Assembly (NCBI GenBank): GCA_965203805.1 | Contig: OZ241917.1 | Location: 3,328,001 to 3,392,000 of the forward strand | Reading direction: 5' to 3' | Source of the DNA: Candidatus Latescibacterota bacterium | Lineage (GTDB): Bacteria; Latescibacterota; UBA2968; GCA-2709665 | Length of the DNA stretch: 64,000 nt | Shown here: piece by piece, positions 50,447 to 59,726 of the stretch | Numbering within the stretch: position 1 is the first letter of the stretch | How the letters are laid out: each line of letters opens with the position of its first letter | The notes under the pieces: model-generated | Told to the model about the DNA's origin: nothing | Databases searched by the model: none | The model's input: the letters and a program-made list of their open reading frames with translations, nothing else | Made by a program: the position numbers and the translations under genes

Positions 50447-51040
50447 ATGCCGGTTCTTCGCACCGCCCGCATCCAGCGCAAGACGTCGGAAACCGACATC
50501 GATCTCAGGCTGAACCTGGACGGTTCGGGCGAGAGCCGGCTGGAAACGGGCATCGGTTTTTTCGACCACATGCTCAACGCCTTCGCCCGGCATGGCGGTT
50601 TCGACCTGGACGTGGCCTGCCGGGGCGACCTGGACGTGGACGCGCACCATACCGTTGAAGACGTAGGCATCTGTCTCGGGCAGGCGTTCCTGGAGGCGCT
50701 GGGCGACAAGGCCGGCATTACGCGCTTCGGACACAGTTTCGTCCCCATGGACGAAGCCCTGGCGCGCGCGGCCGTCGACCTTTCGGGCCGGCCCTTCCTG
50801 GTCTTCAACGCGGACCTGCCCGACGAGATGGTCGGCGCGTATCCGACGGCGATGAGCCCGGAGTTCTTCCGGTCCCTCGCGGACCACGGGCGCCTGAACG
50901 CGCACATCGACCTGATTCGCGGGACAAACGCCCACCACGCCACAGAAGCCGTTTTCAAGGCCGTCGGCCGGGCGCTCCGCCAGGCATGCGGGCAGGACCC
51001 CGGCGTTGTGGGAATTCCTTCGACCAAGGGCGTGTTGTAG
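50447..51040 (+). CDS. hisB: Imidazoleglycerol-phosphate dehydratase
   Basis: TGIGFFDHML, DAHHTVED, PMDEAL, NAHHATEAVFKA, PSTKGVL. Confidence 0.97.
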   Translation: MPVLRTARIQRKTSETDIDLRLNLDGSGESRLETGIGFFDHMLNAFARHGGFDLDVACRGDLDVDAHHTVEDVGICLGQAFLEALGDKAGITRFGHSFVPMDEALARAAVDLSGRPFLVFNADLPDEMVGAYPTAMSPEFFRSLADHGRLNAHIDLIRGTNAHHATEAVFKAVGRALRQACGQDPGVVGIPSTKGVL

Positions 51041-51066
51041 GTCTCCCCGCCCGAACCGGGTTCAGC

Positions 51067-51609
51067 ATGACTGTTGACAAGGCGTCGCCCGCGACCTCCC
51101 GATTCGATCCTGATGCCGCGGGCCGGAAGGTCCTTACCCTGGAACAGGCCCGACGGGTCCGGCAGCGCCTGAAGCGGCGCCGCGCCAGGCTGGTTTTCAC
51201 GAACGGCTGCTTCGACCTGATCCATCCCGGCCACGTCGCTTTCCTGCAGCGGGCCCGCTCGCTTGGCGACGCGCTCCTCCTGGGCCTCAACAGCGACGAC
51301 TCCGTCCGGCGCATCAAGGGCCGGGGCCGCCCGATTCTCTCGGTCGAGGAACGGATCGGCGTGCTCTCGGGCCTGGAAGCCGTGGATTATATCTGCGTGT
51401 TCGCCGAGGACACACCGCACCATATCGTCCGGGAACTCCTGCCCGACGTCCTCGTCAAGGGCGGGGACTATTCGCCGGACCAGATCGTCGCCCGCGAGGT
51501 GGTCGAAGACGCCGGCGGCCGCGCGGCCACCGTGTCCACCGCGTTCAACACCTCCACCACCGTCCTCATCGAACGCGTCCTGAAGGCCGTCCAGACGGGT
51601 TCGCAATGA
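51067..51609 (+). CDS. rfaE2: Heptose-1-phosphate adenylyltransferase (RfaE/HldE domain II)
   Basis: VFTNGCFDLIHPGH, GLNSDDSVRRIKG.GRP, PDVLVKGGDY. Confidence 0.88.
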   Translation: MTVDKASPATSRFDPDAAGRKVLTLEQARRVRQRLKRRRARLVFTNGCFDLIHPGHVAFLQRARSLGDALLLGLNSDDSVRRIKGRGRPILSVEERIGVLSGLEAVDYICVFAEDTPHHIVRELLPDVLVKGGDYSPDQIVAREVVEDAGGRAATVSTAFNTSTTVLIERVLKAVQTGSQ

Positions 51610-52715
51610 AAATCCTCCACACGATATACGACGACGTGGAGAATCCCTGGTGCGGTGGCGGCGGCGCGGTCCGGGCCATGGAAATCAACCGCCGCCTCGC
51701 CGCCAAACACGACATCACGCTCCTGACGGGGAACTTTCCCGGGGCCGCACGGGAGGAAGACCGCGACGGGATCCGGATACGCCGGGTGGGGACGAGCCGG
51801 AACTATTGGCTCAGCCGCCTGAGCTTTTCGGCGCTGGCGCCGCGGGTGCTGGCGGCAAGGCCCTTCGACCTCTGGGTGTACGACTTTTCCGCATTCTCGC
51901 CCGTATGCGCCCTTCCCTCCCGTCAGGCGCGGTCGGTGATGGTCTTTCACCATCCCATATCCGACCACGCCACGCGGAAATATCCCGGCATCGGCATGGC
52001 GGCGGCCGCCGCCGAAGGCCTTCACACCCGGCTGCACCGCCGGATCATCGCGGTTTCTCCAAGCACGGCCCTGCACCTGAAAGCGCGCGCGCGTCCGAAC
52101 ACTCCCGTCCATACGATTTGCAACGGCGTGAACCGACCGGCGGCGCCGGAAACGCGCGAAGAGGACTATATCCTCTTTTTCGGGCGTCTGGACGTCTACA
52201 ATAAGGGCATCGACGTCCTGCTTGCCGCGTTCGCCAGGCTCATGCCCTCGCATCCCGACATCCGCCTGGTCATCGCGGGACGGGGTACCGAAGCGCGACG
52301 GGGCGAGCTGTCGGACGTCTCCCGGTCTCTGGGCGCATCGGACCGCGTGGAACTGACGGGGCCTGTCACGGAAGCGGAAAAATGGAACCTCTACGGGGGC
52401 GCGTTGTTCACCTGTCAGCCCTCCCGTTTCGAGGGCTGGGGCATCGCCGCCATCGAGTCCGGCGCCGCGGGGAAAGCGGTGATCGGCACACGGATCCCGG
52501 GGCTCGTCGACGCGATCCAACACGACCGGACCGGCCTGCTCGTGCCCGCGGAGGACCCGGACGCCCTCGCGGAGGCCATGACACACCTCCTGGAGAATCC
52601 CCGGTGCCGCGCGGAAATGGGCCGCCGCGGCAGCGCATGGGCCGCCAACTTTTCCTGGGACCGGATCGCCGCCGAACAGGAGCGGGTCTACGTTCAGTCG
52701 CTCCAGGGACGGTGA
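51606..52715 (+). CDS. GT4 glycosyltransferase
   Basis: FFGRLD..KG, PSRFEGWGIAAIE, DRTGLLV. Confidence 0.92.
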   Translation: MKILHTIYDDVENPWCGGGGAVRAMEINRRLAAKHDITLLTGNFPGAAREEDRDGIRIRRVGTSRNYWLSRLSFSALAPRVLAARPFDLWVYDFSAFSPVCALPSRQARSVMVFHHPISDHATRKYPGIGMAAAAAEGLHTRLHRRIIAVSPSTALHLKARARPNTPVHTICNGVNRPAAPETREEDYILFFGRLDVYNKGIDVLLAAFARLMPSHPDIRLVIAGRGTEARRGELSDVSRSLGASDRVELTGPVTEAEKWNLYGGALFTCQPSRFEGWGIAAIESGAAGKAVIGTRIPGLVDAIQHDRTGLLVPAEDPDALAEAMTHLLENPRCRAEMGRRGSAWAANFSWDRIAAEQERVYVQSLQGR

Positions 52716-52769
52716 GCAGACCTATCCCGGCTGCCAGGGGCAGCCACCCTTTCCTGAAGGAAAGGGTAA
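52716..52769 (+). repeat. Solo minimal REP unit inside the glycan operon
   Basis: GCAGACCTATCCC, then a GGCTGCC/GGCAGCC hairpin, then ACCCTTTCCTGAAGGAAAGGGTAA. Confidence 0.75.
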
Positions 52770-52824
52770 AAGCGGATTGCTTTAAGGTATTTTCGTGAAT
52801 GCGCGAGAATGAAGTCTGACTGAC

Positions 52825-54024
52825 ATGACTCCCGAAAACTCAAATGACATCTGCATCGTCGGCGGGGCCGGACGCGTGGGCCTGCCCCTGGCGCTGACCT
52901 TCGCCGACGAGGGTTTTCGCGTTGTCATCTGCGACATCAACGAGGCATCCCTGAGGATGATCCGCGACGGACGGATGCCGTTCGCCGAAAAGGGCGCGGG
53001 CGATCTGCTCGGCCGGGCGCTCGCCGAAGGCCGGCTGGGTGTGTCGTCGGACCCGGCGTCCGTGGCCGGCGCGGCCACCGTGATCGTCACCATCGGCACG
53101 CCGGCGGACGAGTTGACGAAACCGATTCTCTCCACCTTCAAGAGCCTGGCGGACGACTTGCTGCCGCACCTGTCGGACGATCAGCTTGTCGTCCTCCGGT
53201 CCACGGTTTCCCCCGGAACCACGGACTGGCTGTACGACTACCTGCGCGCCAACGGCAGAAACCCGAAGGTCTCCTTCTGCCCCGAACGCATCGTCCAGGG
53301 CAAGGCCATCGAGGAAATCCGGTTGCTGACCCAGATCGTCAGCGGCGCCACGCCGGAAGCGGAATGGAAAGCGGCGGCCCTGTTCGAGCGGATCTCCCCG
53401 CGGATTGTCCGCCTGACGCCCATCGAAGCCGAATTCGCGAAGCTGTTCAGCAACGCGTACCGGTATATCCAGTTTGCAACCGCAAACCAGTTCTATATGA
53501 TCGCGAACGCCGCGGGCGTGGACTACAGCCGGGTGCTCGAAGGCATGAAAAGAGATTATCCCCGGGCGCGGGACATCCCCCCGGCGGGGTTCGCGGCGGG
53601 CCCGTGCCTGCTGAAGGACACCATGCAGCTGGCCGCGTTCGCCAGCGACGGTTTCACCCTGGGACAGGCGGCCATGAACGTCAACCAGGGCCTGGTGAAC
53701 TACCTCGTCGAGGAGGTGCGGAACCGTTACGGCGACCTGCGCCGCCTCCGCGTCGGCCTGCTTGGCATGGCCTTCAAGGCGGACAGCGACGACACCCGGT
53801 TTTCGCTGAGCTACAAATTGAAGGACATCCTGGCCTTCCGCGCCAGGGAAGTGCTGACCACGGACCCGTACGTGACCTCCGATCCGAACCTTCTGCCCAT
53901 CGGGGAGGTGATGGAAAGAAGCGATCTGCTGGTCCTCTGCGTGCCTCACGCCGCGTACCGGCGCCTGGACCTGAAAAACAAGCCGGTCCTGGATATCTGG
54001 GGGTTTCTTAACCTTGATTCGTAA
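52825..54024 (+). CDS. Nucleotide-sugar dehydrogenase (UDP-Glc/UDP-ManNAc family)
   Basis: GGAGRVGLP, LRSTVSPGTT, FCPERI, AEFAKLFSN, GPCLLKD, GMAFKADSDD.R. Confidence 0.92.
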   Translation: MTPENSNDICIVGGAGRVGLPLALTFADEGFRVVICDINEASLRMIRDGRMPFAEKGAGDLLGRALAEGRLGVSSDPASVAGAATVIVTIGTPADELTKPILSTFKSLADDLLPHLSDDQLVVLRSTVSPGTTDWLYDYLRANGRNPKVSFCPERIVQGKAIEEIRLLTQIVSGATPEAEWKAAALFERISPRIVRLTPIEAEFAKLFSNAYRYIQFATANQFYMIANAAGVDYSRVLEGMKRDYPRARDIPPAGFAAGPCLLKDTMQLAAFASDGFTLGQAAMNVNQGLVNYLVEEVRNRYGDLRRLRVGLLGMAFKADSDDTRFSLSYKLKDILAFRAREVLTTDPYVTSDPNLLPIGEVMERSDLLVLCVPHAAYRRLDLKNKPVLDIWGFLNLDS

Positions 54025-54208
54025 GTCTTCGGGGACGTTAATTCGTACATGTGCAAGTTGATAAAGGCGATTAAACTGCGGATTACCAGGATACACCAGG
54101 TCACTGGACGTGAAGGGAAAAAACGTCCTTCCTTACGTCGATAACGCCCCGTTTCGGAGGGTTTTATCGCGTCCCCGCGTTGCTGTTTTATTCGGATTGA
54201 GGTCAACC

Positions 54209-55171
54209 TTGAGTAAGCTCTACCTGGTCACGGGCGGCGCGGGATTCATCGGTTCCTCCCTGGTACGGCGTCTGCTCCGGGACGGCCACAACGTCCGGGT
54301 TCTCGACGACCAGTCCCGGGGTCGCGCCGGCCGGCTGGCGGACGTCCGGGACCACGTGGAATTCATCGCGGCGGACGTTCGGGACGCGGACGCCGTCCGG
54401 AAGGCCGCCCGGGGCGCGGACAGCCTGTGCCACCTGGCCTCGGTCAACGGCACCGAATGGTTCTACAGCAAGCCGGAAATCGTCCTCGACGTGGGTGTGA
54501 AGGGCATTGTGAATACCATCGACGCATGCCTGAAACACAACGTTCCGGAATTCGTCCTGGCTTCCAGTTCCGAGGTGTACCAGACGCCCCCCGCCGTTCC
54601 CACGGACGAAACCGCGCCCCTGTGCGTCCCCGACCCGCTGAATCCCCGCTATTCCTACGGCGGCGGCAAGATCATCAGCGAACTCATCGCCCTGAATTAC
54701 GGCCGCCGCCACCTGGAGCGCGTGCTTGTTTTCCGCCCGCACAACGTGTACGGCCCCGACATGGGCCGGGAGCACGTGATCCCTCAGTTGGTGCTCCGGG
54801 CAGGCGCGCTCGCGGCGGAACATCCGGACGGCGTGATCCGGTTTCCCATACAGGGCGACGGTTCGCAGACCCGCGCCTTCGTGCACATCGACGATTTCAC
54901 CGACGGGCTGGCCGCCGTCCTGGAAAAGGGCGCGCACCTCAACATCTACCACATCGGCAGCGACGTCGAAGTCACCATCCGGCGGCTGGCAGCGCTGATT
55001 TTCAGCCACCTCGGCCGGGAATTCGAAATCGTCCCCGGGCCGTCGCCGGAGGGCGGTCCGCGGAGAAGGCGTCCCGACATCCGCAAACTCAGGGCCCTCG
55101 GGTACCGGCCCCGCGTGACACTCCGCGACGGGTTGGCCGCCACCATCGACTGGTACCTGGCGCGCCGGTAA
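54209..55171 (+). CDS. NAD-dependent epimerase/dehydratase
   Basis: VTGGAGFIGS, ASSSEVY, YGGGK, HNVYGP, GDGSQTRAF; TTG start after GAGG. Confidence 0.92.
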   Translation: MSKLYLVTGGAGFIGSSLVRRLLRDGHNVRVLDDQSRGRAGRLADVRDHVEFIAADVRDADAVRKAARGADSLCHLASVNGTEWFYSKPEIVLDVGVKGIVNTIDACLKHNVPEFVLASSSEVYQTPPAVPTDETAPLCVPDPLNPRYSYGGGKIISELIALNYGRRHLERVLVFRPHNVYGPDMGREHVIPQLVLRAGALAAEHPDGVIRFPIQGDGSQTRAFVHIDDFTDGLAAVLEKGAHLNIYHIGSDVEVTIRRLAALIFSHLGREFEIVPGPSPEGGPRRRRPDIRKLRALGYRPRVTLRDGLAATIDWYLARR

Positions 55172-55209
55172 GACTGTCCGTCCGGCGCCGGCGACGAGAA
55201 GGAGCAGGC

Positions 55210-56460
55210 GTGCCGCCCGCGACCTCACGAAACATCACGCGATGCCAGATCAGCAACTCCGCGAACCTCGAGTCCGTGCTCTTTCTGGGCTTCGTCCCTC
55301 CGGTGAACGACATGCAACCGGTCGGCGGACGGCCCGAAGCACGTTCGATGTACCCGCTGGAACTGCTCTATTGTCCGGATTCGCACCTGGCGCAGATCGG
55401 CTGCGAGGTGGACCCGGAAATCCTGTTTCCTCCGGAGTATCCCTACACCAGCGGCACGACGCGCATTCTCCGTGACAATTTCGCGGACCTGTTCGAACAA
55501 TGCATGGGCCTGCCGGGCATCGACGCATCGTCGTTCGTTATCGACGTCGGCTCCAACGACGGGACGCTGCTGGCGAACTTCAGGGACGGGGGCTGCCGGG
55601 TTCTGGGCATCGACCCCACGGACCGGGCCCGGCTTGCGAACGAGAGAGGCATCCGCAGCCTCCGGACGTTCTTCTCGAGGGAAACCGCGCGGGCCGTGGC
55701 CGGGGAATACGGCGCCGCCGATCTCGTGACCGCAACGAATGTGTTCGCGCACATGCCCGAGGTTGACGCGGTCGTCGCCGGGATCCTGGACATCTTGGAC
55801 GAACGGGGCGTTTTCGTCTCCGAGTCCCACTACCTGCTGGACCTGATCGGCGCGCTGCAATACGATACCGTCTATCACGAGCACCTCAGGTACTACTCGC
55901 TGCACAGCCTGAAATTCCTCCTGGAAAAACACGGGCTGGAGATTTTCCACGTCAAGCGCATCCCCACGCACGGGGGCTCCATCCGTGTCTTCGCCGCGCG
56001 GAAAGGACAATGCGCCGTGGACCCGTCCGTCTCGAATCAGCTGAAAGCCGAACGACGGGCCGGCCTGCTCGACCGTGAGACCTACCGCCGCTTCGCCGCG
56101 GACGTGATGCAGAGCAAACTCGACCTCATGGGCCTGCTACGGGACGTCAAGGCCGGCGGCGGCCGCATCTACGGCATCGGCGCTCCCTCCCGCGCGAGCA
56201 CCCTTATCGCGTATACCGGGCTCGACCACGATATCATCGACTGCGTCCTGGAAATCCGGGGCTCGCACAAGATCGGGAAATATATGCCGGGCACCCGGAT
56301 CCCCGTCCTGGAAGAGTCCGCACTGTTCAGCGACCAGCCCGAATTCGCGCTGCTCTTCTCGTGGCATATCGCCGGTGAACTCATGCCCAAACTCACCAGC
56401 AAGGGGTACCGGGGCGAATACATCGTCCCGCTGCCGTCCCCCGAAATTGCGGCGGGATGA
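55210..56460 (+). CDS. NDP-sugar C-methyltransferase-like SAM enzyme
   Basis: DVGSNDGTLL, TNVFAH, YDTVYHEHLRYYS, IPTHGGSIR, GAPSRA, KIGKYMPGTRIP; GTG start after GAAGGAG. Confidence 0.88.
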   Translation: MPPATSRNITRCQISNSANLESVLFLGFVPPVNDMQPVGGRPEARSMYPLELLYCPDSHLAQIGCEVDPEILFPPEYPYTSGTTRILRDNFADLFEQCMGLPGIDASSFVIDVGSNDGTLLANFRDGGCRVLGIDPTDRARLANERGIRSLRTFFSRETARAVAGEYGAADLVTATNVFAHMPEVDAVVAGILDILDERGVFVSESHYLLDLIGALQYDTVYHEHLRYYSLHSLKFLLEKHGLEIFHVKRIPTHGGSIRVFAARKGQCAVDPSVSNQLKAERRAGLLDRETYRRFAADVMQSKLDLMGLLRDVKAGGGRIYGIGAPSRASTLIAYTGLDHDIIDCVLEIRGSHKIGKYMPGTRIPVLEESALFSDQPEFALLFSWHIAGELMPKLTSKGYRGEYIVPLPSPEIAAG

Positions 56461-56501
56461 ATCGCGTTTCCACTGCAGCACCCAAAGCGTGAACCCGGAC
56501 C

Positions 56502-57251
56502 ATGCCCGACCTCGACATCGTCATCCCCGTGTACAACGAGGGCGCCAACATCCTGAACGTTCTCAACGCGTTGTGCGATGCAACGAAAACGCCCTTCAGG
56601 GTCCTGATCTGCTACGACGATGACGCCGACGACACCCTTGACGCCCTGAAGGATTTCGACCCTGCCCGGTGCGAGATCGTCAGGGTCCGGAACCGCGGCC
56701 GGGGGGCGCACGGGGCCGTCGTGACGGGTTTCCGCACGGGCGACGCGCCCGCGGCCATCATGTGGCCGGCCGACGATACCTTCAACGCCGGCATCATCGA
56801 TGCGATGGTCCGGGAATTCCGGAACGGCTGCCAGGTCGTCGCCGCCGGCCGGTTCATCGAGGGCGGCTGCATGGTGGGCGCGCCATGGCTGAAATCTCTG
56901 CTTGTCAGAAGCTCCGCCTTCACCCTTTATTACCTCGCGCGGCTACCCGCCCGCGACGCCAGCAACGGGCTGCGCCTGTTCTCCCGGCGCCTGCTGGACC
57001 GCGTCAGGATCGAGTCGTCGGTCGGTTTCGCGTACGGAATCGAACTGCTGGTCAAGTGTCACCGGCTGGGCTGGAAGGTCGCCGAGGTCCCCGCGGTGTG
57101 GTACGAGAGGACGACCGGCCGGAGCCGCTTCAGGGTCATCCGCTGGCTTCCGGAATACCTGCGCTGGTATTTCTACGCATTCGCGACCACGTACCTGCGC
57201 CGGGGCCCCGAAACCGTACCCGGTAACGAGACACGCGAATTTCCGACCTGA
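56502..57251 (+). CDS. GT2 glycosyltransferase (DPM-synthase-like)
   Basis: IVIPVYNEG, AVVTGF, WPAD, DASNG.RL, ERTTGRSRF. Confidence 0.9.
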   Translation: MPDLDIVIPVYNEGANILNVLNALCDATKTPFRVLICYDDDADDTLDALKDFDPARCEIVRVRNRGRGAHGAVVTGFRTGDAPAAIMWPADDTFNAGIIDAMVREFRNGCQVVAAGRFIEGGCMVGAPWLKSLLVRSSAFTLYYLARLPARDASNGLRLFSRRLLDRVRIESSVGFAYGIELLVKCHRLGWKVAEVPAVWYERTTGRSRFRVIRWLPEYLRWYFYAFATTYLRRGPETVPGNETREFPT

Positions 57252-57278
57252 ACTTTGGCAACCCGTTGGAGGCGAAAC

Positions 57279-59723
57279 GTGAGCAAGCGCACAAAAAGAA
57301 CCGCACGACGTCCCGCAACGCCGCGAGCGCAGGCCGCCAAAAGCCTCTCGGACCGTCTCGGTCCCTACGTCGCGTCGCCGTGGGCGCCGGTCGCGTTCTT
57401 TCTGCTCCTGAGCGTGGTCTACTTCGCCGGATTCGTCTTCACCGACCACGTCATTCTCGGCCAGGACACGGGGAATGACTTTCACAAGGGGCGTGAGCCT
57501 TTTCTGGAAAAACTGTCCGACCTGGCCCCGGCCAACTGGACGAGGTACCTCGGCGGCACCCCGGTAACCGGCCAGCGGACGTCGAGTTATTTCCCGCTGG
57601 AAATCATCGCCCTGTTTACCACCCGGCACCGGCTTCTGGGCTGGCGATATTTCTTCGCCATGTTCATGGCCGGCTATTTCATGTACCTCTGCATCCGCGG
57701 CTTCGGCCTGAAGCCGCTCACCGCCTGGCTGACCGGCATCGCGTACGCCTCCGCGCCCGCCCTGCTCACCTTCATCTACGCCGGCCACGAAGCCAAGATG
57801 CTGGTCATCGGCCTGTTTCCACTGATGGTCTGGGGGCTGTACCGCGGCATGGAGACCGGCCGCGTAATCTACTATCTGGTTCTGGGCGTCGCGATCGGCG
57901 CGGGCATCTACACGCCGCATCTCCAGATGCTGTACTACGCCCTCTGCGGGCTGGGCATCCTCTTCGCCGCCAGGCTCATTCACCTCTACTACGGCGACAG
58001 AGACATTTTGGCCGCCCTCCGCCGCAGCCTGCTCAGCGCCGGCGCGATATGCCTGGGCCTGGGCATTGGCGCAATGGGCGTGTTCCCGCAATACTGGTAC
58101 ACGAGGACGGAATCCAGGCGGGCGCTGGGCGACGGGGAGGGCAAAGGCCTGGAATACGCGCAGACGTGGTCGCTGCACCCCGAGGAAATCGCCTCTCTGG
58201 CGGTCCCGGAGTTCGCGCATTTCGACGACCCGGACCGAAGACAGCGAAACTACTGGGGGCGCAATCCCTTTAAACTCAATTCCGAATACTTCGGCATCGC
58301 GGTGCTCTTCTTCGCCGCCGTCGCCCTGGGCGGCATCCGCCGCGACCCCCGAATCGGGATCTTCCTTCTGCTGTTTCTCTTCGCCGTCGCGTTCGCGCTC
58401 GGACCCCATACCTTCCTGCATGGATACGCGTACCGCTACATTCCGGGCATGAAAGTGCTCCGGGCGCCGGGCATGATCGCCTTTCTGTTCGCCTTCCCCG
58501 CCTGCGTTCTGGCCGCCATCGGATTGCAGCGGGTCCTCTATCCGACCGGGGACTCGCCCCGGTTGCGGCGGAATCTCGCCATCGGCGCGGGCGTCGCCGT
58601 GGTCCTGCTCCTGGGCGTCGCCGCAGCGCCGCAGGGCGCGGTCAATGCCTGGACCGGCGTCTTCTGGTCCGATATCCCGGGATCAAACGTCCGGGTCGCG
58701 CAGGCGAACGCGCCCAACCTCAGCCGGGGCGCCATGCTGGCCGCCCTGCTCGTGGCGGTGATGGCCTTCCTGGCGTGGAAGCGCCTGGGCGGCGGCATGT
58801 CCCCCGCGGTCTGCGCGTGCCTTCTGGTTCCCCTCATGCTGTTCGACACCTGGCGGATCGACCGGCAGTTCCTCCGGTATTTCGATCCGGACCTGCAGCC
58901 GCCGCCGGAACGCGTGTACGGCGGCGTTCTGCGACACTTCGAGCAGGACCCGGACCTGTACCGCGTGCTGTTCGTGTCGCGGCACGCCGTGCCTCCGCCG
59001 CATATGGGCGGGGGCAAACGGACGATTATCGACCGGGTGCGCGTGGACTATCACGAACCCTTTGCCATGCTGCGCTACGACCGGATCACCGAACCGCAGA
59101 ACCTCCGGCACTTTCCCATCCTGAGTCTGCTGAACACACGATACGTCGTGACCCGGGAACCGTTCCAGGGCGGTCCCGCGTCCGTGGTGACCGACGGCCT
59201 GCATATCTACAAGAACGACTTCGCGTTGCCATGGTTCTACCTGGCGCCCCGGTACCGGATCGAAACCGACGAGGACGAGATATTGAAGCTTCTGTCGGGC
59301 CCGGAATTCAAGCCCGATGAGACCGTTATCATCGAGGCCGAGCCGGACGGTTTTTCGGCCGGTCCCGCGGACACGCTCGCGCAGGACCGCATCGAAACGG
59401 CCGCGTACGACGATCGAACGGGATATATCGAGCTCAACGTGAAAGCCGGCGGCCCCCGCCTGCTCGTGGTCTCCGAGAACCATCACCCCTTCTGGCGCGC
59501 GTACGTGGACGGCGAAGAGCGTCCGCTGTACAGGGCCAACTACGTCTGGAAGGCGGTTGTCGTGCCCGCGGGCGAACACCGGGTGGAACTCCGCTTTCAC
59601 GACCCCATCGCCGCGGCCTGCCGCTGGATCACCCTCCTCTCCACCCTCTTTGCCATCGCCTTCGCCGCCGCATGGGTTTGGCGGCAGCGCGCCGGGAAGC
59701 CGGCCCCCGCCACCGCGGAGTAG
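57279..59723 (+). CDS. YfhO-family membrane protein (GT-C fold)
   Basis: Many TM helices, WSLHPEE, RAP, and C-terminal LLVVSENHHPFWRAYVDG...RANY...VPAGEHRVELRF; GTG start after GGAGG. Confidence 0.85.
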   Translation: MSKRTKRTARRPATPRAQAAKSLSDRLGPYVASPWAPVAFFLLLSVVYFAGFVFTDHVILGQDTGNDFHKGREPFLEKLSDLAPANWTRYLGGTPVTGQRTSSYFPLEIIALFTTRHRLLGWRYFFAMFMAGYFMYLCIRGFGLKPLTAWLTGIAYASAPALLTFIYAGHEAKMLVIGLFPLMVWGLYRGMETGRVIYYLVLGVAIGAGIYTPHLQMLYYALCGLGILFAARLIHLYYGDRDILAALRRSLLSAGAICLGLGIGAMGVFPQYWYTRTESRRALGDGEGKGLEYAQTWSLHPEEIASLAVPEFAHFDDPDRRQRNYWGRNPFKLNSEYFGIAVLFFAAVALGGIRRDPRIGIFLLLFLFAVAFALGPHTFLHGYAYRYIPGMKVLRAPGMIAFLFAFPACVLAAIGLQRVLYPTGDSPRLRRNLAIGAGVAVVLLLGVAAAPQGAVNAWTGVFWSDIPGSNVRVAQANAPNLSRGAMLAALLVAVMAFLAWKRLGGGMSPAVCACLLVPLMLFDTWRIDRQFLRYFDPDLQPPPERVYGGVLRHFEQDPDLYRVLFVSRHAVPPPHMGGGKRTIIDRVRVDYHEPFAMLRYDRITEPQNLRHFPILSLLNTRYVVTREPFQGGPASVVTDGLHIYKNDFALPWFYLAPRYRIETDEDEILKLLSGPEFKPDETVIIEAEPDGFSAGPADTLAQDRIETAAYDDRTGYIELNVKAGGPRLLVVSENHHPFWRAYVDGEERPLYRANYVWKAVVVPAGEHRVELRFHDPIAAACRWITLLSTLFAIAFAAAWVWRQRAGKPAPATAE

Positions 59724-59726
59724 TCC

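Noticed and set aside
54427-55209. Long N-terminal extensions in the ORF track (methyltransferase, hisC, hisG, GHMP kinase, xerD, GT-C)
   Set aside because: They overlap upstream genes or repeats; downstream starts have SD sequences or stop/start coupling.
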